Assembly: GCA_051294375.1 (NCBI GenBank)
Contig: CM119271.1
Coordinates: 10,729,376 to 10,793,375 of the forward strand
Length of the DNA stretch: 64,000 nt
Source of the DNA: Paraspadella gotoi
Taxonomy: Eukaryota > Animalia > Chaetognatha
Reading direction: 5' to 3'
The notes under the pieces were generated by a model. It made no database searches. It was not told where the DNA came from and saw only the letters and a list, made by a program, of their open reading frames with translations. Both the position numbers and the translations under genes were made by a program. Shown piece by piece: positions 12,606 through 26,300 of the stretch; positions within the stretch are counted from its first letter, which is position 1, and each line of letters starts with the position of its first letter.

Positions 12606-14771
12606 ATTCTTTCTCTCGTTATCCCTATCTTAAAATTTACTCAAGTTTAAATTTTACAGTGAAATTTCTTTTGGTCCCCGATTTGGCTTCGTTTTTACAG
12701 TTTAACGTAATATATTTACATAAGTATTAATCTTGCTTTAATTTCTCGTTCCTAAATCTGTTCGAAGTTAGTTTCATTCATTTTTGAAGTCAAGGTACAT
12801 CCTTAAGACTCAATATATCTGCTACAAACTAAATAATTTTGTATTGTATATAATAATATTAATAATATTGTACGCACGGTTTTACAAGATCTTAGGATAG
12901 GGGTGAACCCTAAACTTATGGTCAGATTCTTTGTCCCGAGTTTTTGACCGGTCGAATCCTCTCTTTCTTTCCCTAGGGACAGTTTTCGTTGGTCAAAATG
13001 ACCACCGACCACTATGACCACTTGACCAGTGACCAGTGTCATTCTTGTGAGAGACGCTTGAGATGTTAGAAATAATTTTTTACGGCATAAATTATTTGAA
13101 AAAAAAGTAAACTTACCTAGCGATATTACCGATTAGTATCTGAGATGAGATTACTTTGCATAAACAACTACATAAAAGATCTGACTATATGCATTATGCA
13201 GTTATGCACAGAAATCTTATTACGAAACATATTTTAATGTTACAATTATTCCCTTTTTGCCGTATCTGATTAACTGATTACCGCTAAATTACCGTACGCA
13301 GATCCGACGTTGTTTGCTCAAACTTGTTTTCATTGCACGTCACTTGTTTATTTGGCGCAGTTTTTGCACATTAGCTAACGAATTTAGAAGTTTTCAAATC
13401 TGATACCTAGTCAATTAATCATTTGATTCCAGTTTGCTTGCTTTTTTTGTAGTTACAAAAAAAACCAAAAACCTTTCCAAATGTTCTCATAAAAATTTAG
13501 CAAGGAGTTGCATTTGAATTTAAATTCTTCTTTGTTTACTTTTACTATCAATCAGCCATGTCATAAATTTTTTTGTGTGGTTATCTTGTTATATTTGATT
13601 TCTTTTGAAATATATGTGAATACTGAATAGCATACCCCTGTGTTTATTTTTTTTATGGCAAGGCGATTAAGTTACCAAGACGTTAGTAGGGTGGTTACTG
13701 GTTAGGGTTAAGGGTGGCAGGGGTAATATTCAAAAAAACATTCTTTTTTCACAAAAAAATATTTTTTTTGTTTGTGTTCATAAGCAGAAAAAAAATTACC
13801 GACAGTGAAGATAAAATTTTTCCCCACAAGTTTCTTGGGATAAAAGTTTAAAAAAAACCCAAGAAAATGCATAAGAGAAAAAGGAAGATAAGATTAACAT
13901 AAATTTTCTTCGGGTTGGCAAAATGCTCTTTTGTTTTGTCTCTATTTCCGCCTCGATTCTCTCATCGGCAGAAATCCGCACGATCCTTCTGTTCTTTCTG
14001 AGAAATAGTGAGAGCCGATTCTACTCGGCCTCCTTCATGGCGTGAAATTGATGGCATAAGCGTTGAGTTACCATTCTTTCCAAATCCAATTCTCTCATAA
14101 ATAAATTCCCAGTTATTCCTAACATAGTGTTTATTCAATTTGTAATGTATTTAAAGAACCGCTGTACAGTGTACTCTTCGAGTGTTTATGAAGATTAGCG
14201 AACAATAAAATATTATCCAAAGCGTTCACGTAATAATTCGTGATATGTGTTTATACAAGACTTTTCCATGAATAACAGACAAAATGTCAGAACAAAAATT
14301 GCATTTACAAAAGCACGGTAATCCCGCATTCAAGTTGCTGGTAATAGTAAAATCTCGGTTACAAAACTTTCCGGAGCTTTGTGGATAATTAAATAATCGA
14401 TAAGGACTCACTATGACTGAAATACATAAGCTAGAATAACAAATGCCCGAGTGCCGAATAACTAAAGCGTAATTGATACATTACAGACAAAAATCGTATT
14501 CACACAGACATCAACTGATAGCTAGGTTACACTTTCGGGATTCCGTGTATAATATACTGTATATGCTTTGCGTTTACAGTTCAATCTACTTACGCATTAC
14601 AAGTGTGAAACTAAACGTATCATGCTCACAACATTCTGACCAAAAAGCTTTGCACGGTCAAGATCACGTTAAATAATCCAAATGGCATAAATAATAATAA
14701 TAATTAAATATGCTCGTACCAAGTAATTCGACAAATCTTCGCAGCGCAGTCGACTTATTCTTTGACAGACG

Positions 14772-17700
14772 TTACTCTCTGAATTTCGCGACCACCAGTT
14801 TGGGATTGAGAACGACTTCCGGGATCTTCAGCGAAGGAAAGGAGAATCCCTTAGCGCCGCCGCTGTCGAGACGTTGGGCGAAATCCGAGTCGACTTCCGC
14901 GTATTCGTTGCCGGAGTCGCTCTCGGTGTAAGTCTCGTAGGCCGGCTCTGGAATTTGAGGGAAATAAAATAATAATTAGAGAGATGCGATTGCGGCGCAA
15001 CGCATTTGAGATGAAGCGATCGATCGACAACCGTCAAGTTTAAGATATTACGTTAGTTGCATTGTGTAAGCTCGACGTGTTTTTAGTACAATTATGAAAC
15101 ATAAAAATTAAATGATTTATTAATTTTTATCACTTTATAAAGAATTAATATAAATATTTAAAACAAACTTAACTTTTTGATAATATGATTATATATTTTA
15201 TCAGCATTTAAAAATACTTTATTTTAATCCTAATTACAATTATATTAAATATTTATAATTAAAAAAATTATTTTAGGAGTAGGAATGACCAACCGAAAAG
15301 TGACTTAATTAGTTGGTTCTCGACGCAACTAGAAAGACGGACGAAGGTCTATATCAGCCGCATCTCGATCGATGACGCCGATGACAAAAAAGAAGCGACC
15401 ATCTGCATTCGAATCCGGAATCGTTGCACGAAACCAAACGCTTTCATGTACCTCGAAACTTTCTCCGATGTCTGCAGAAAATGATTCCTATGACGACGAT
15501 GATGACGATGATGACCAGAGTAACAGCGACGGCGACGATGGCGGTTTTGGAAGAACGTCGTGGCGGTTTCGAGGCTGAGGAACGAACAAAATGGCAATTG
15601 TTTTAGCTTCTTCATAGATGTCAGCATCGTCAAACGTTTTTATCAATAATTTAGTAAAATACTCGATTTTTACTACCTGGACTTTTCACTTCTATTTCCT
15701 TGAGAGCCATGTCAGTGCCTGATAATTAATTTAAAATTTGATCAAGTCGTAGGGTTGTTTATTTAAAAGATTATTTGGACAATTTAATAAATACGAGCAG
15801 ATGAAAAAATCGTACCATCCGGCGCCGAAAACATAACTTGTCCATTCTTCTGCTGGGTCTTTAACTTTTCTACATTCGCGTCGGAGTTAACCTAATATTA
15901 TTAATGAATTATATTGGTGACATGAAAGTTATCAAATTAAAAATGTCACCTTTGACATACTTTGTTCGTAAATTTTCTCTCGCCCATCTTTACCTTGAAG
16001 GAAACAATAACTGATCCAGGTTCAACGGACATATTATAGAGCTGATGGACAGAAACTTCCAAGCGTCTAGCGACCTGTCATTGATAGAGTCAAACGAGTT
16101 AAATCTTTGTTTAAAACTATCGAATTGTTTTCACCTGAATCACACTTCACTCACTTGAGGTTTAATGTGCGTGATAAAACTATCTTTGTCAGTAACAACG
16201 TTGGCATATTCCGCAATTAGAATTAACTTAATATCCAAAAGATTTGCCGGCGGTGGAATGGTTGAGGGCGGCGACACTAATGTACATTGTGCAATGTACG
16301 ATGAGAATGTTATAAAATGTAACTTTGTATTTAAAACGTAATTCAACAACTCGTACCTTCCGTGCAATTGTCACCTATCCAACCCTGAGCGCAAGTACAA
16401 ATGAACAATCCCGGAACGTGCAATCCCACAGTGCTCGAGCATGTACCTCCGTTCGCGCACGGGTTTGGATTGCACACTGGTTTTTCTGAAGGTCGTTAAA
16501 AAATATTAAGTAAATTCATGGTTTTGCTTTCTCAAATATGGAAGTCTGGACATTGCTGTCAAATGAGACATTCAGATCTTATTTTTATTTTTTTTTAGAC
16601 AGTTTAATATGGAAATATGGAAGTATTTTCGAAAAGTGTCCAATTTCAGATTGATTCGAAATTAAATAAGTTAAATAAGATTAGGTTAAACTTAAAGATT
16701 AAATTAAAGAATTGGTTAGGGATTAAAGTTAGGGTTTAAGCAATGAGGTTAGTGATTAGGATTATGTTAGTTGTTAGGGTTAGGGCTAGAGATTAGGTTA
16801 AGATTTTAGTAAAAAAATTAATGTTAAAATTAAATTAATGTTAAAATTAAATTCCTGGAATTAAAAATAAAAATTGAGCGCTTTCCAAAAAATAGCGCCA
16901 ATAAGTTCCGAAAAAAAAACGTTTGTTAAGAAGTAAGAGCCTACCAAACAAAAATTGTGGAACTTACCTCTTCCGCAGGTCGGTCCCTCCCACCCTCGAG
17001 CGCAGTTGCACTCAAACCGGGCACCAACATTGCTGCAGGATCCTTTATTTTGACAAGGGTTCGAGTAACAATGATCGATCGCTGTAGGTTTTTAAATTGA
17101 ACACGCTTAACGTTTAACGAATAATATTTTCATTTTTAAGACTATGAATATTCTTTTTTTTTTATTTACGTTCAGAACAGTTGGTTCCTTCCCATCCAAC
17201 TGCGCAAGAACAGTTGTAAGAGGATATAAAGTTGTTGCAAGTTGCGCCGTTCAAGCATGGATTCGTCTCGCACAAGTTAATTTCTTAGAAATCGAGAAAT
17301 GTCAAATTTAATTAATTAATTACGAACCGCAAAAAAATAGGCAATTTTGCATAAACTTTGTCGGGCTCGGGAATCATTATTTTTTAAAGTTTACGACACG
17401 AAAAAAAAAATCGCAAAATCTAGTTTAATACTTATTATTTTTCTCTCTTTTTTTACAGACATATAATTGATTGTTTCATTCTTTAAAATGTATATACTAA
17501 ATGCCCTTTGTGTATATGAATGAATTTTAAAAAATGAGCTCACTTTTGTTGCAAGTCAAATCCTCCCAACCGAAAGAACACAAGCATTTGAACATCTTTT
17601 TTTCGGTGTAGCAAGTTCCTCCATTCATGCAGGGGTTGGACTGACACGCAACGCTTGTAGCTTTGTTATCGTAAAGTAAGGAGGTAAGTATTATTAATTA

Positions 17701-20399
17701 TTTAAATATTATCATTTTTGACAGACTAACTTACGAAGGGAACAATTTTCGCCGCGCCATCCTCCCAGGCAGGAGCAAAAGTAATCGTCTGCCAGATCGA
17801 AACACGAGGCTCCATTGGTGCAGGGAGACCACGTCATGCAGATGTTAAGCGATTGATAACCTGGAAAGAGAATGAAGAATATAGGATCACAATGCATCGT
17901 GATGTTGCAAGAAAAATAATTCACTTTCTTCTTGATTTTTTAAATGGCTTTCTCTATCTGGTTTTTTTCTATTTTCTCTCTCTTTATTTTCTTTCTTTTC
18001 TCTTTTGTCTTTTCTTTTCTCTTTTTTCTCTTTTTTTTTTCTCTTATTTATTTTCTTTTCTTTTCTCTTTTTTCTTTTCTTTTCTCTTTTTTCTTTTCTT
18101 TCATTCTTTCTTACTAGTTCTTTTGTTATTGCCTTCTGTCTCTGTTTATTTCTTGTTTTTTCTTATCTCCTTCTTTCTCTCTTTCCTTGCCTTACATCCG
18201 CCCAAGACTTCACTCCCCCTTTTCTCACCGTAAATAATATTCCTCGCCTTCTGTCCACTAACGATCGCCCTTTGCACGGATTCGTTCCTCAATCCAATCT
18301 CGAACAATCCCCGCTGATGCTCGGAATCCTTGGCCGCCGACAACGAGGCGCCCCACTTGACGAGCAACTCGACCACCGGCGGCAAACGGAGCCAAATCGT
18401 CATCCTCAAAGGAGTGTCGCTCTCGTTGGTCCTCGGATCCACGAAGGCCCCTTTCTCCAGCAAAAATGTGGTCATCCTCAGGTATCCCTTCCAACTTGCT
18501 TTGTGCAACGGAGTCTCGCCGTGACCGTCCGTAGTGTTAATGTTTGATCCTTTGGATAGAAGGGTTTTAACGACCGGCAGATGGTTGTAGACGGCGGCGA
18601 ATTGCAACGCCGTCGACCCACCCTTCGTTTCCAAATCGATTTCGGCTCCCTTCGCCAACAAAAACTCGATAATGTCCAGGAATCCGCGGCCAGACGCTTG
18701 ATGCAAAGCCGTTAGCCCCTCGTTGTTGACGGCATTTACATTGGCTCCCTTTTCGACCAAGAGCGTGGCGCCTTTGATCGATCCCTTGCGCGCCGCGTCG
18801 TGCAATGGCGTATCGCCCCACTTGTCCCTAGCGTTGACTTCGGAACCGCTGCGCAAGAGAAGCTCAACCATTCGGTCTTGGCCCCACCATGCTGCCAGAT
18901 GCAATGCAGTCGCGTTGGCGGCGTCCGCTAAATTGACGTCAGCTCCTCTGGCGACGAGAGCGTCGACGATGTCGAAATGACCAACCCGAGAAATGGCACG
19001 AAGCAAAGGAGATTCACCGTTTCGATTCTGTGCGTTCAACTCGGCTCCTTTGTCCGCTAGAAAGACGGTGATGTTTAAATATCCTTTGAAGGTCGCGTCG
19101 TGAAGCGGCGTGTCTCCCCATCGATCCCTCGCTCTCACGTCGAACCCATTCTCCACGAGGTACTCGACCATCTCCAAGTGTCCCCTCCAGGCGGCGTAGT
19201 GCAGCGCAGTTTGTTCGTTGTCGTTCTTCAAATTCGCCGTCGCGTTGGCCTCCACGAGGATTTTAGCGATGATCCTCGAATCGTTCCACGCGGCGTCGTG
19301 AAGCGGCGTTCGTCCTTTGAGGCTCGTGTCGACGTCGGCGCCGACCGACGCCAGATACGCGACGGCGTCGACTTTGTTGTAGATGACGGCGACGTGCAAG
19401 GGACTCGAACCCGTGACGTCTTTGATCTCGAGATCGGCGCCACGGTCGACGAGCAACTTGGCGACTTTGACGAAGCCTCGATAGGCGGAGAAGAAAAGCG
19501 CCGTCTTGTTCAGATGGTCGACGGCGTTGATGGAGGCGCCGTTGTTCAGCAAGACGGAGACGATGGACTTTCGATCGGTGAAGGCCGCCAGATGCAGCGC
19601 CGTCCATTGGTCCTCGTCTCTTTGGTTCGGATCGACGCCGGACGCCAGCAGATACTCGATGACGTCCATCTTGCCGTAAGTGGCCGCGTAGTGAAGACAA
19701 GTGAAGGAATAGTGGAGTCGATCACGGGCGGCGTGAACCTCGTTCGCGCCGAACGTGTGAGCCAGTTTCTTCACGGTGGTGACTATGCCTTCTCTGCAGG
19801 CGGTCATCAGGAGGTTCACGTCGAGCTTGGGGGGGGGGGGAAGGGCGAATTTTGATGTTTGTGGTTTTTTTTTTTTTTTTTTTAAAGAATTATGGCTTAA
19901 ATTTCTACTGTTTAATTCATAAGAAATTGTTACAACCAATATAGAAATCAGTGAGAAGGCCCTGGCGTAGGGGGGGGGGCTAATCTTGGATAGCTCTCAT
20001 TACAAACATGTTTTCAGCTTAAGATATAGTTTCTTTAAAATAAGTTGCTAACAAAATTTACCATCGCGTTAGAATCGTGGACGAAAATTCCAAGGAAGCA
20101 GATCAGCACCTGAAGTTTAAAAAGTAAACATCGTATGAAAGTAAAAATGAATATAGTTTCCCGTTTAAATTTGTGTTACTTTTATTAATCATGTAAACTG
20201 TCTTATTCAAAAAAAAAAATTGGATTTCATAAGATTTAATACCAATTTCGTGGTGAGTACAAAAGAAAACTTTTTTTTTATACACGAACTTTCAAATCAA
20301 CAAAAAATAAAGGGAAATACAATAATGGATTTTGTATATGAATTTTGTATATTTGATGTGAATATATTACAAAAATCTTACTTTGATTCGGAGGTCCAT
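14772..20399 (-). CDS. Gene B: signal peptide, ~15 ankyrin repeats, 5 EGF, SEA, TM, Tyr-motif tail receptor
   Basis: Exon 20382-20399 (MDLRIK) plus exon 20062-20109 ([16 protein letters not shown]) splice in phase 0 to the ankyrin exon 18229-19825. Five phase-1 EGF exons lie at 17862-16358. SEA exons contain PGSVIVSFK (~16003-16017). The TM exon reads [29 protein letters not shown] (~15452-15575). The last exon, ~14772-14948, reads EPAYETY...EYAEV...AKFRE*. Confidence 0.85.
16615..16900. repeat. Intronic MITE-like repeat with degenerate TTAGGG-like internal repeats
   Basis: TTAGGG/TTAGGT-like units at 16680-16800. Weak inverted ends TATTTTCGAAAAGTGTCCAATTT / AAATTGAGCGCTTTCCAAAAATA. Confidence 0.4.
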
Positions 20400-20587
20400 A
20401 ATCACGACTAGTATCTTGTGGGATAATTTAGAAAAAAAGCATCTTTAAAAACATAGTCTTTTTTCAAAACATATTGTACTAATTTTTGTTTTACATCAGC
20501 ATGTTCGCCAAAAAGATCGATGATTCTTAAATTTTGTAACTACTTTGGCTTCAACCATATATGCGATGCTGTGTGTCAAACAATTGC

Positions 20588-20609
20588 ATGAGAGAGAGAG
20601 AGAGAGAAT

Positions 20610-20666
<57 letters not shown>
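20588..20666. repeat. (GA)n microsatellite
   Basis: Direct reading. Confidence 0.95.
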
Positions 20667-20671
<5 letters not shown>

Positions 20672-20874
20672 GGGACCCAAACCAGTTTTTTCTTACGTGT
20701 CGAGTATAGGGTTTGAGAGTTTCGAAACGAAAAAAAAAAACAAAAACGGGATTTTATTCGGTCACGCGAATCTGAGACATCGAAGGTGGACAAAATTTGT
20801 CATTTGTTCTTATTCGATACTTACCTTATTTCGCGGGACGAAAAAGCCAAAAATAGAACGAAGGGTTTTCGAGA

Positions 20875-21068
20875 AAAAGACAGAAACCGGCGATGAAAAG
20901 ACAGAAACCGGCGATGAAAAGACAGAAACCGGCGATGAAAAGACAGAAACCGGCGATGAAAAGACAGAAACGGGCGATGAAAAGACAGAAACCGGCGATG
21001 AAAAGACAGAAACCGGCGATGAAAATACAGAAACCGGCGATGAAAAGACAGAAACCGGCGATGAAAAA
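20875..21068. repeat. 21-bp minisatellite (GAAAAGACAGAAACCGGCGAT) x ~9
   Basis: Near-perfect tandem units with no unique spacers. Confidence 0.95.
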
Positions 21069-21210
21069 CGTAGAATATCAATATGAGGGAAAATTTAAGA
21101 ATTATTTATTTTATTTTTACAGGGTCGAATTATTTATTCCATCATTTATAGAAAGATTGTAAATTCAAATATCATTGGTCAGTGGTCACTGGTCACATAT
21201 CATTGGTCAG

Positions 21211-22237
21211 TAGAGCGTTCAAAGATAACAAAATATAAGATATTAAATTCCATTCATAATTATTTTACTGTAATAAGGTCTTAAGAATTCGATGGTGATG
21301 ACCATTTTTTTGCATAATTTCATCTTTCTTTTCGGAAATGACGATTTTTAATGTATATAAAATGCTAATAAAATAGGGCAAACATTATAAGTTATGATAA
21401 ATAAAATTATTAAAAATTTATAAAATTTACATGAGCTTTTAAAATATAAAAATAAGGACCTATAAAAATATTTTGATAAATTTATTTCTCAATTTTATGT
21501 TTTATTAAAAGTTATTTAGCTATATTTATTAATAAATATGAATAAAAATTAGGCTAAGTTAAAAAATAATAATTTTTAAAAAATTATCCCGGATTCGCAT
21601 TCCTTGCAAAAGTTATATAAGAAAATGTAATTTTTATTTTAGAAAATTATGTCATTAAGTTGGTCAAAATTAAGTAAAATTGAGGTTTTTGAAGAGAGAG
21701 ACGGTGTGGTAAGGTCGCCTTCCAAACTATAATTTTAAGCCAAAAATAGTAAAATTAGACAAACATTTTTAACATTTTTAACCAACTTAATGAAAGAATT
21801 TGTTAAAATGGATTTTACTTTCTTATATCAACTTTTGGCAAGGAATTCAAATCCGGTTTTAAAATGTCAAAATATTTATTTTTTCACTTTAGCCTATTTT
21901 TAACTAATAATTATTAATAAATATAGCTAACAAGCTGTTAATAAAATATAAAATTTGTAAATAAACTTACCGAAATATTTTTATGGATCTTTATTTTCAT
22001 ATTATATAACCTAAATATGACTTTTATAAAATTTTAATAATTTTAGTTTCTTAAACTCTACAATGTTTGCGCCATTTTAATAGCACCTTATATGCTTCAA
22101 AAATCGCCGCTGGCGACAAGGAAGATGAAACTATACCAAAAAATGGTTATCATCATCGAATTCTTCAGACCTTATTACATTAAAACAATAATGAATGGAA
22201 TTACATATCTTATATTTTGTTATCTTTGAATGCTCTA
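21211..22237. mobile_element. hAT-type foldback MITE
   Basis: Ends TAGAGCGTTCAAAGATAACAAAATATAAGATA / TATCTTATATTTTGTTATCTTTGAATGCTCTA. The whole element is an imperfect palindrome. A perfect 8-bp TSD, TTGGTCAG, lies at 21203-21210 and 22238-22245. Confidence 0.9.
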
Positions 22238-23338
22238 TTGGTCAGGCTACAAACGAATAACAAATCTAAGAATTTATATTCGGCATCACTTGTCTAACAA
22301 CGCCCAACCCCCTTGGTTAGAATGAATGGGTCTTCGGTTTATGACCACGGTTCGTTCCCTACTCAAATGTTCTTGTCCTGGGCCCTTTCGGATCTCCTTG
22401 CAATAGGCTTGCAATCCTTTCTCCTACCCAGTGTCCGATCGCAAACGACACCAAAAGATTCCCACTTACCTTTTTCCTTTCTCTCTATCTCTCCCTTAAC
22501 CTTCCTCATCTTTCCCGCGACTCCTTCCGACTTCCGATCGAAACCCGCGACCCGACATCTCGAGAGGCGCATCTGGACGAGCTCTTTCGCGAACAGCGAC
22601 GGTAGAGAGAGGTTGGTGGACAACGACGGCGTCGAAATTAAAATTTGCGTCTATTTAAAATAGATTCAATGTCGTTATGTTTTTTTAATAGTTTAACTCC
22701 GCCATTTATGACAAAGAGTCATTCAAATCAACTTCAAAATATGAGCTTTTGGCGATTCCGAAAATGTATTCACTTTAAACATTTAGTGCATTATAGGCCA
22801 TTTTATATCAGTTTAAATTATAATATAAATTAAAAGACACCTATCTGAAGAGTTGCAGGTAAAACGAAAAAGACAATCCATCTGATATTTTTCGTGAATT
22901 TTCTATAAGTGAATTAGAAAAATGTAATACAGAGACATTTTGAAATTTCAACGTGCATCCTTGAAAACAAAAGTGTTTTTAGACCCTTAATGTTTACATA
23001 TAAATAAAAAAGAATTTTTTTGTTATTACAGATGACCACGATGTATTTTTTGAATTGATAGCTGAGATATATATAAAAATCTACGAATAGTTAAGCTGAA
23101 TGACCCTTCCTCTTAACACCATTCTTCATTATATAGAACTTTTTCTGAAAACCATGAAAAAAAATTTTTCATTTTTTTTTCTCAAATTAACATTCAGTTT
23201 AACTTTAAGTTATACTTAAAGAATCGTACAAAAGAAATAACCACAAGCAATTTAAACAGGAACCAAGGACCAAGCACCGAGTCAAAGGCAAGACAAATTT
23301 TATTCAATATTGACAGGCAGCTTTTGAAAAAATACATT

Positions 23339-26300
23339 TTAATGACTCGAAAAAAGAGCTGATTCGCTCGAAATCTCCACTTTAAACGCTTCCCGGTAAA
23401 ACCCAATTTTGACGAGCACGTCCTCATCCTTCAACGACTTCCCATCAAGCGACACTTTAAGTTCCTCTGGACGAAGGGCTCGAACTCCCATCTCCTCCAA
23501 CCGCTCGTCGAAAGCCGCCTTCAAATCCCCAACGTTGCTCTTGACGCCGAAATCCCAGAGAAACTTGCATCCCGTTTCTTGGAGCGGCAGTGAAGTCGAT
23601 TGGATAAGAGCCTCCATCTTAGCCACCTCCACCGTGCTGCCTTCCAAGACCGGAACCCCCTGGCTGGCCTCCTCGCCTTTCGAATTCGATTTCTGTCTCT
23701 TGTCCAAAATGTTTTCGCCGCGATAGTTTTTGGCCAGAATGCGATCCGTCGACGTCTCCGGCCAGATCGCCTTCAAATCGGCTTTAATCCTTTTCGCAAC
23801 TTCGCTTCCTTCCACTTTCGTCCGCGGGTCGCCTTCGTGAAATCTATGCGCCTTGCGCACCATAGTCGGGTCCAGGGTCTCCGGATGAAAGTAGAAAAAC
23901 TCGACGCGAACGGAACTCGCGTCGATCAACGGTCGCACCGCGCCGTTGTCAAGTTGGTCGTCGTTGTCTTCGGTCTCCAAACTCGAATATTCCCGCAGAT
24001 AAACGTCGTCGGCGAAAGATTCCGGATTTTCGATTTTCTCGTAAACGAGAAGCGAATGAAGATGAAGATAAGGAAAAAGATTGGAAAAGTAAGCGTCGAA
24101 TTCTTCGTCCGTCGGAGCCGTTGAACCGAAGATCCTCAGCATGACGTCTTGATGCTGCTTGGCGTGGCTGATGATGTTACGAACTATCTTGATCAAATCG
24201 CCCACTTTGACGATCTTGTATCCCTTTCCGCGACATCCAAACTGGTCGAGGAGGTCTCGACGGAACAGTCTGTTCCAAGATCCGTCGCCGCCGACGACCA
24301 AGGTCGAGTTCCGCTCCACCAATTCGATCCCGGAAATTTTGCTCAAGGCTTTGGGCGACATCTGACTCCAGCCGGTGAGCGTCTCGCTCAGTTGTTGCAA
24401 CATGAAGGCGCGTTTGGTGCGCGGAGAAAAGGCTGGGCTTTTGAGAGAGTCGGAGGCGGATAAGCCACGGCGGAGGGACGCGATGAGGACGCGAAACTCG
24501 ATCGATTTCGGTCCCGTCTCGGAAACGATCCTCGCGACCGCGTGGAGGTCTCGCGACTCGTAGCATTCGTCTCGGGACTTTGGAGATTCCGCTTTGGAAA
24601 AGTTGCCCACTTTCAACGTCCAACCGGAATGCTTGCCGACGATGAAGACCGTCTCCGTGGTCACATCCAAGTGGTAAACGGGCGGACGAGACGCGTGCAA
24701 GAAGTGGATCCCTTTGAGAAGTTGCAGACAAAGATTCTCTGGGTCGAGAGAGATTCTATTTTCGCGGTGCATGCGGATGGCCTGGCCCAAGTCGCAGAGC
24801 CGCGTCTCGACGAATAAGAACCCGGCGAAGAGAGATTTCGGATCTATCTCCGAGCCAAATCCGTGAAGGCGCAAAATGTTGTCGTGATTCAAACTTTGGT
24901 GAAGTCGAGACTTCGAAACGAATCGATTTCTCGCTTTGAAACTTCCCAACGAGACTTTTTGATACGCGCGGTGCTTTCTCTTGAGTCGAACGAGATTGAT
25001 CGAATGCGAGAGTTTAATCCCCGAGACCGCGAGAAAGATCGCCAACAACGAATAGGGTACGTATTTTTCTTCGATCAGGCATTCTTCGTGGACGGATTCC
25101 ATCGAGACGTTTCCACGGCAACGGAATCCAAAAACGTCCATGTACTCGTTGGCGTAAACCATCAAAGCCACGTGATTGCATTTAGAACATTCCCATCGAT
25201 TGCCGCCCGTTTTAAACGTGGTGTGTCGCATCTTTTTTATTTTGACCGGCAATTCTTGCAAAGCGTTGAAACTTATGTCTAACGTATCTATCGTGGATGC
25301 GTTGAATATGGATGCCGACGAAGTCATCGAGGTAATGTTATTATGAGTTAAATTTATCACCCCGAAATGTTTGTATCCGGTGAAAGTAAAATTTTTCATG
25401 GTCAATCGGTTGTAACTCATATCGATTTGTAAATATTGAGTTACGGCTTCGTCTACCCCCAAAATGGAAAAAGATTGCAGGCTACAGTTTCCCGCCTCGA
25501 TATACTGATACATGTTGGTGAGTCTTTGATTGAAAACCAGCGACAACGTCTTAATGTTATTACCGTTCAGTTTTATGGTCGTGATTTCGCTATCGATAAA
25601 AGCATTCGGGTCTATAATTTGCAGTTCGTTGTTGGAGAAATCCAGAAGTTTGGCCGTTAAATCGGGAAATTGTCTAAAATTGATTTTGAATAAACCGTTG
25701 TTGCTCAAATCGAAGACCGCGTCGTTTCCCACATTGAACAAATGTAAATTTCCCAGGGAGGATCGCCAGAATCTGTGGTTCCATCGCGAGATAAACTGGT
25801 TCGCGTAGATGTGCAAATAATTTCCTCGGAGATTTTCGCAGCAACCCAACAATCTTAATCTTCTCAATTGGCGATTCTTGGAAAATAGGTTGTACAGCAA
25901 AAACGTTTCCTCTTCGATGGCGATTTTCGAGCTGTTGAGGCAGAGACGACTACGCCCCGCGCTGTCCGAACAGCAGCCGAAGCTAATGTCCACGATCTGC
26001 GCGTGTTTAAAAGTATCGCGGTGAATTCTCTCGAGCGGATTGTAAAGAAAAGAAATTTTCTCTAGCCCGATCAGATTTTTCATGAGACTGCGGGATAGAC
26101 CGGTGAAGGAATTGTTGTCCAGGATCAAAACGTTGAGAGAGTCCATCCTCGGCAGATGAAGAACAGAAAGGTTATTGCCTTCCAAGTTTAAATACTGCAA
26201 CACCGAAGTGTTCACAAACGCCCATCTGTTGATCCATTGCAATTGGTTGAAACTCACGTTTAACATTTTCACGCTTTGGAGATGCGAGAGAGTTTCAATA

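Noticed and set aside
17853-19855. Plus-strand ORFs opposite the ankyrin exons (also 49791-51208 and those opposite the LRR gene)
   Set aside because: Antisense shadows of GC-rich coding sequence or T-rich intron, with no domain signal.
20875-21068. CRISPR array or repeat protein (KTETGDE)n
   Set aside because: Pure tandem 21-mers without spacers in eukaryotic DNA. The ORFs are by-products of the repeat.
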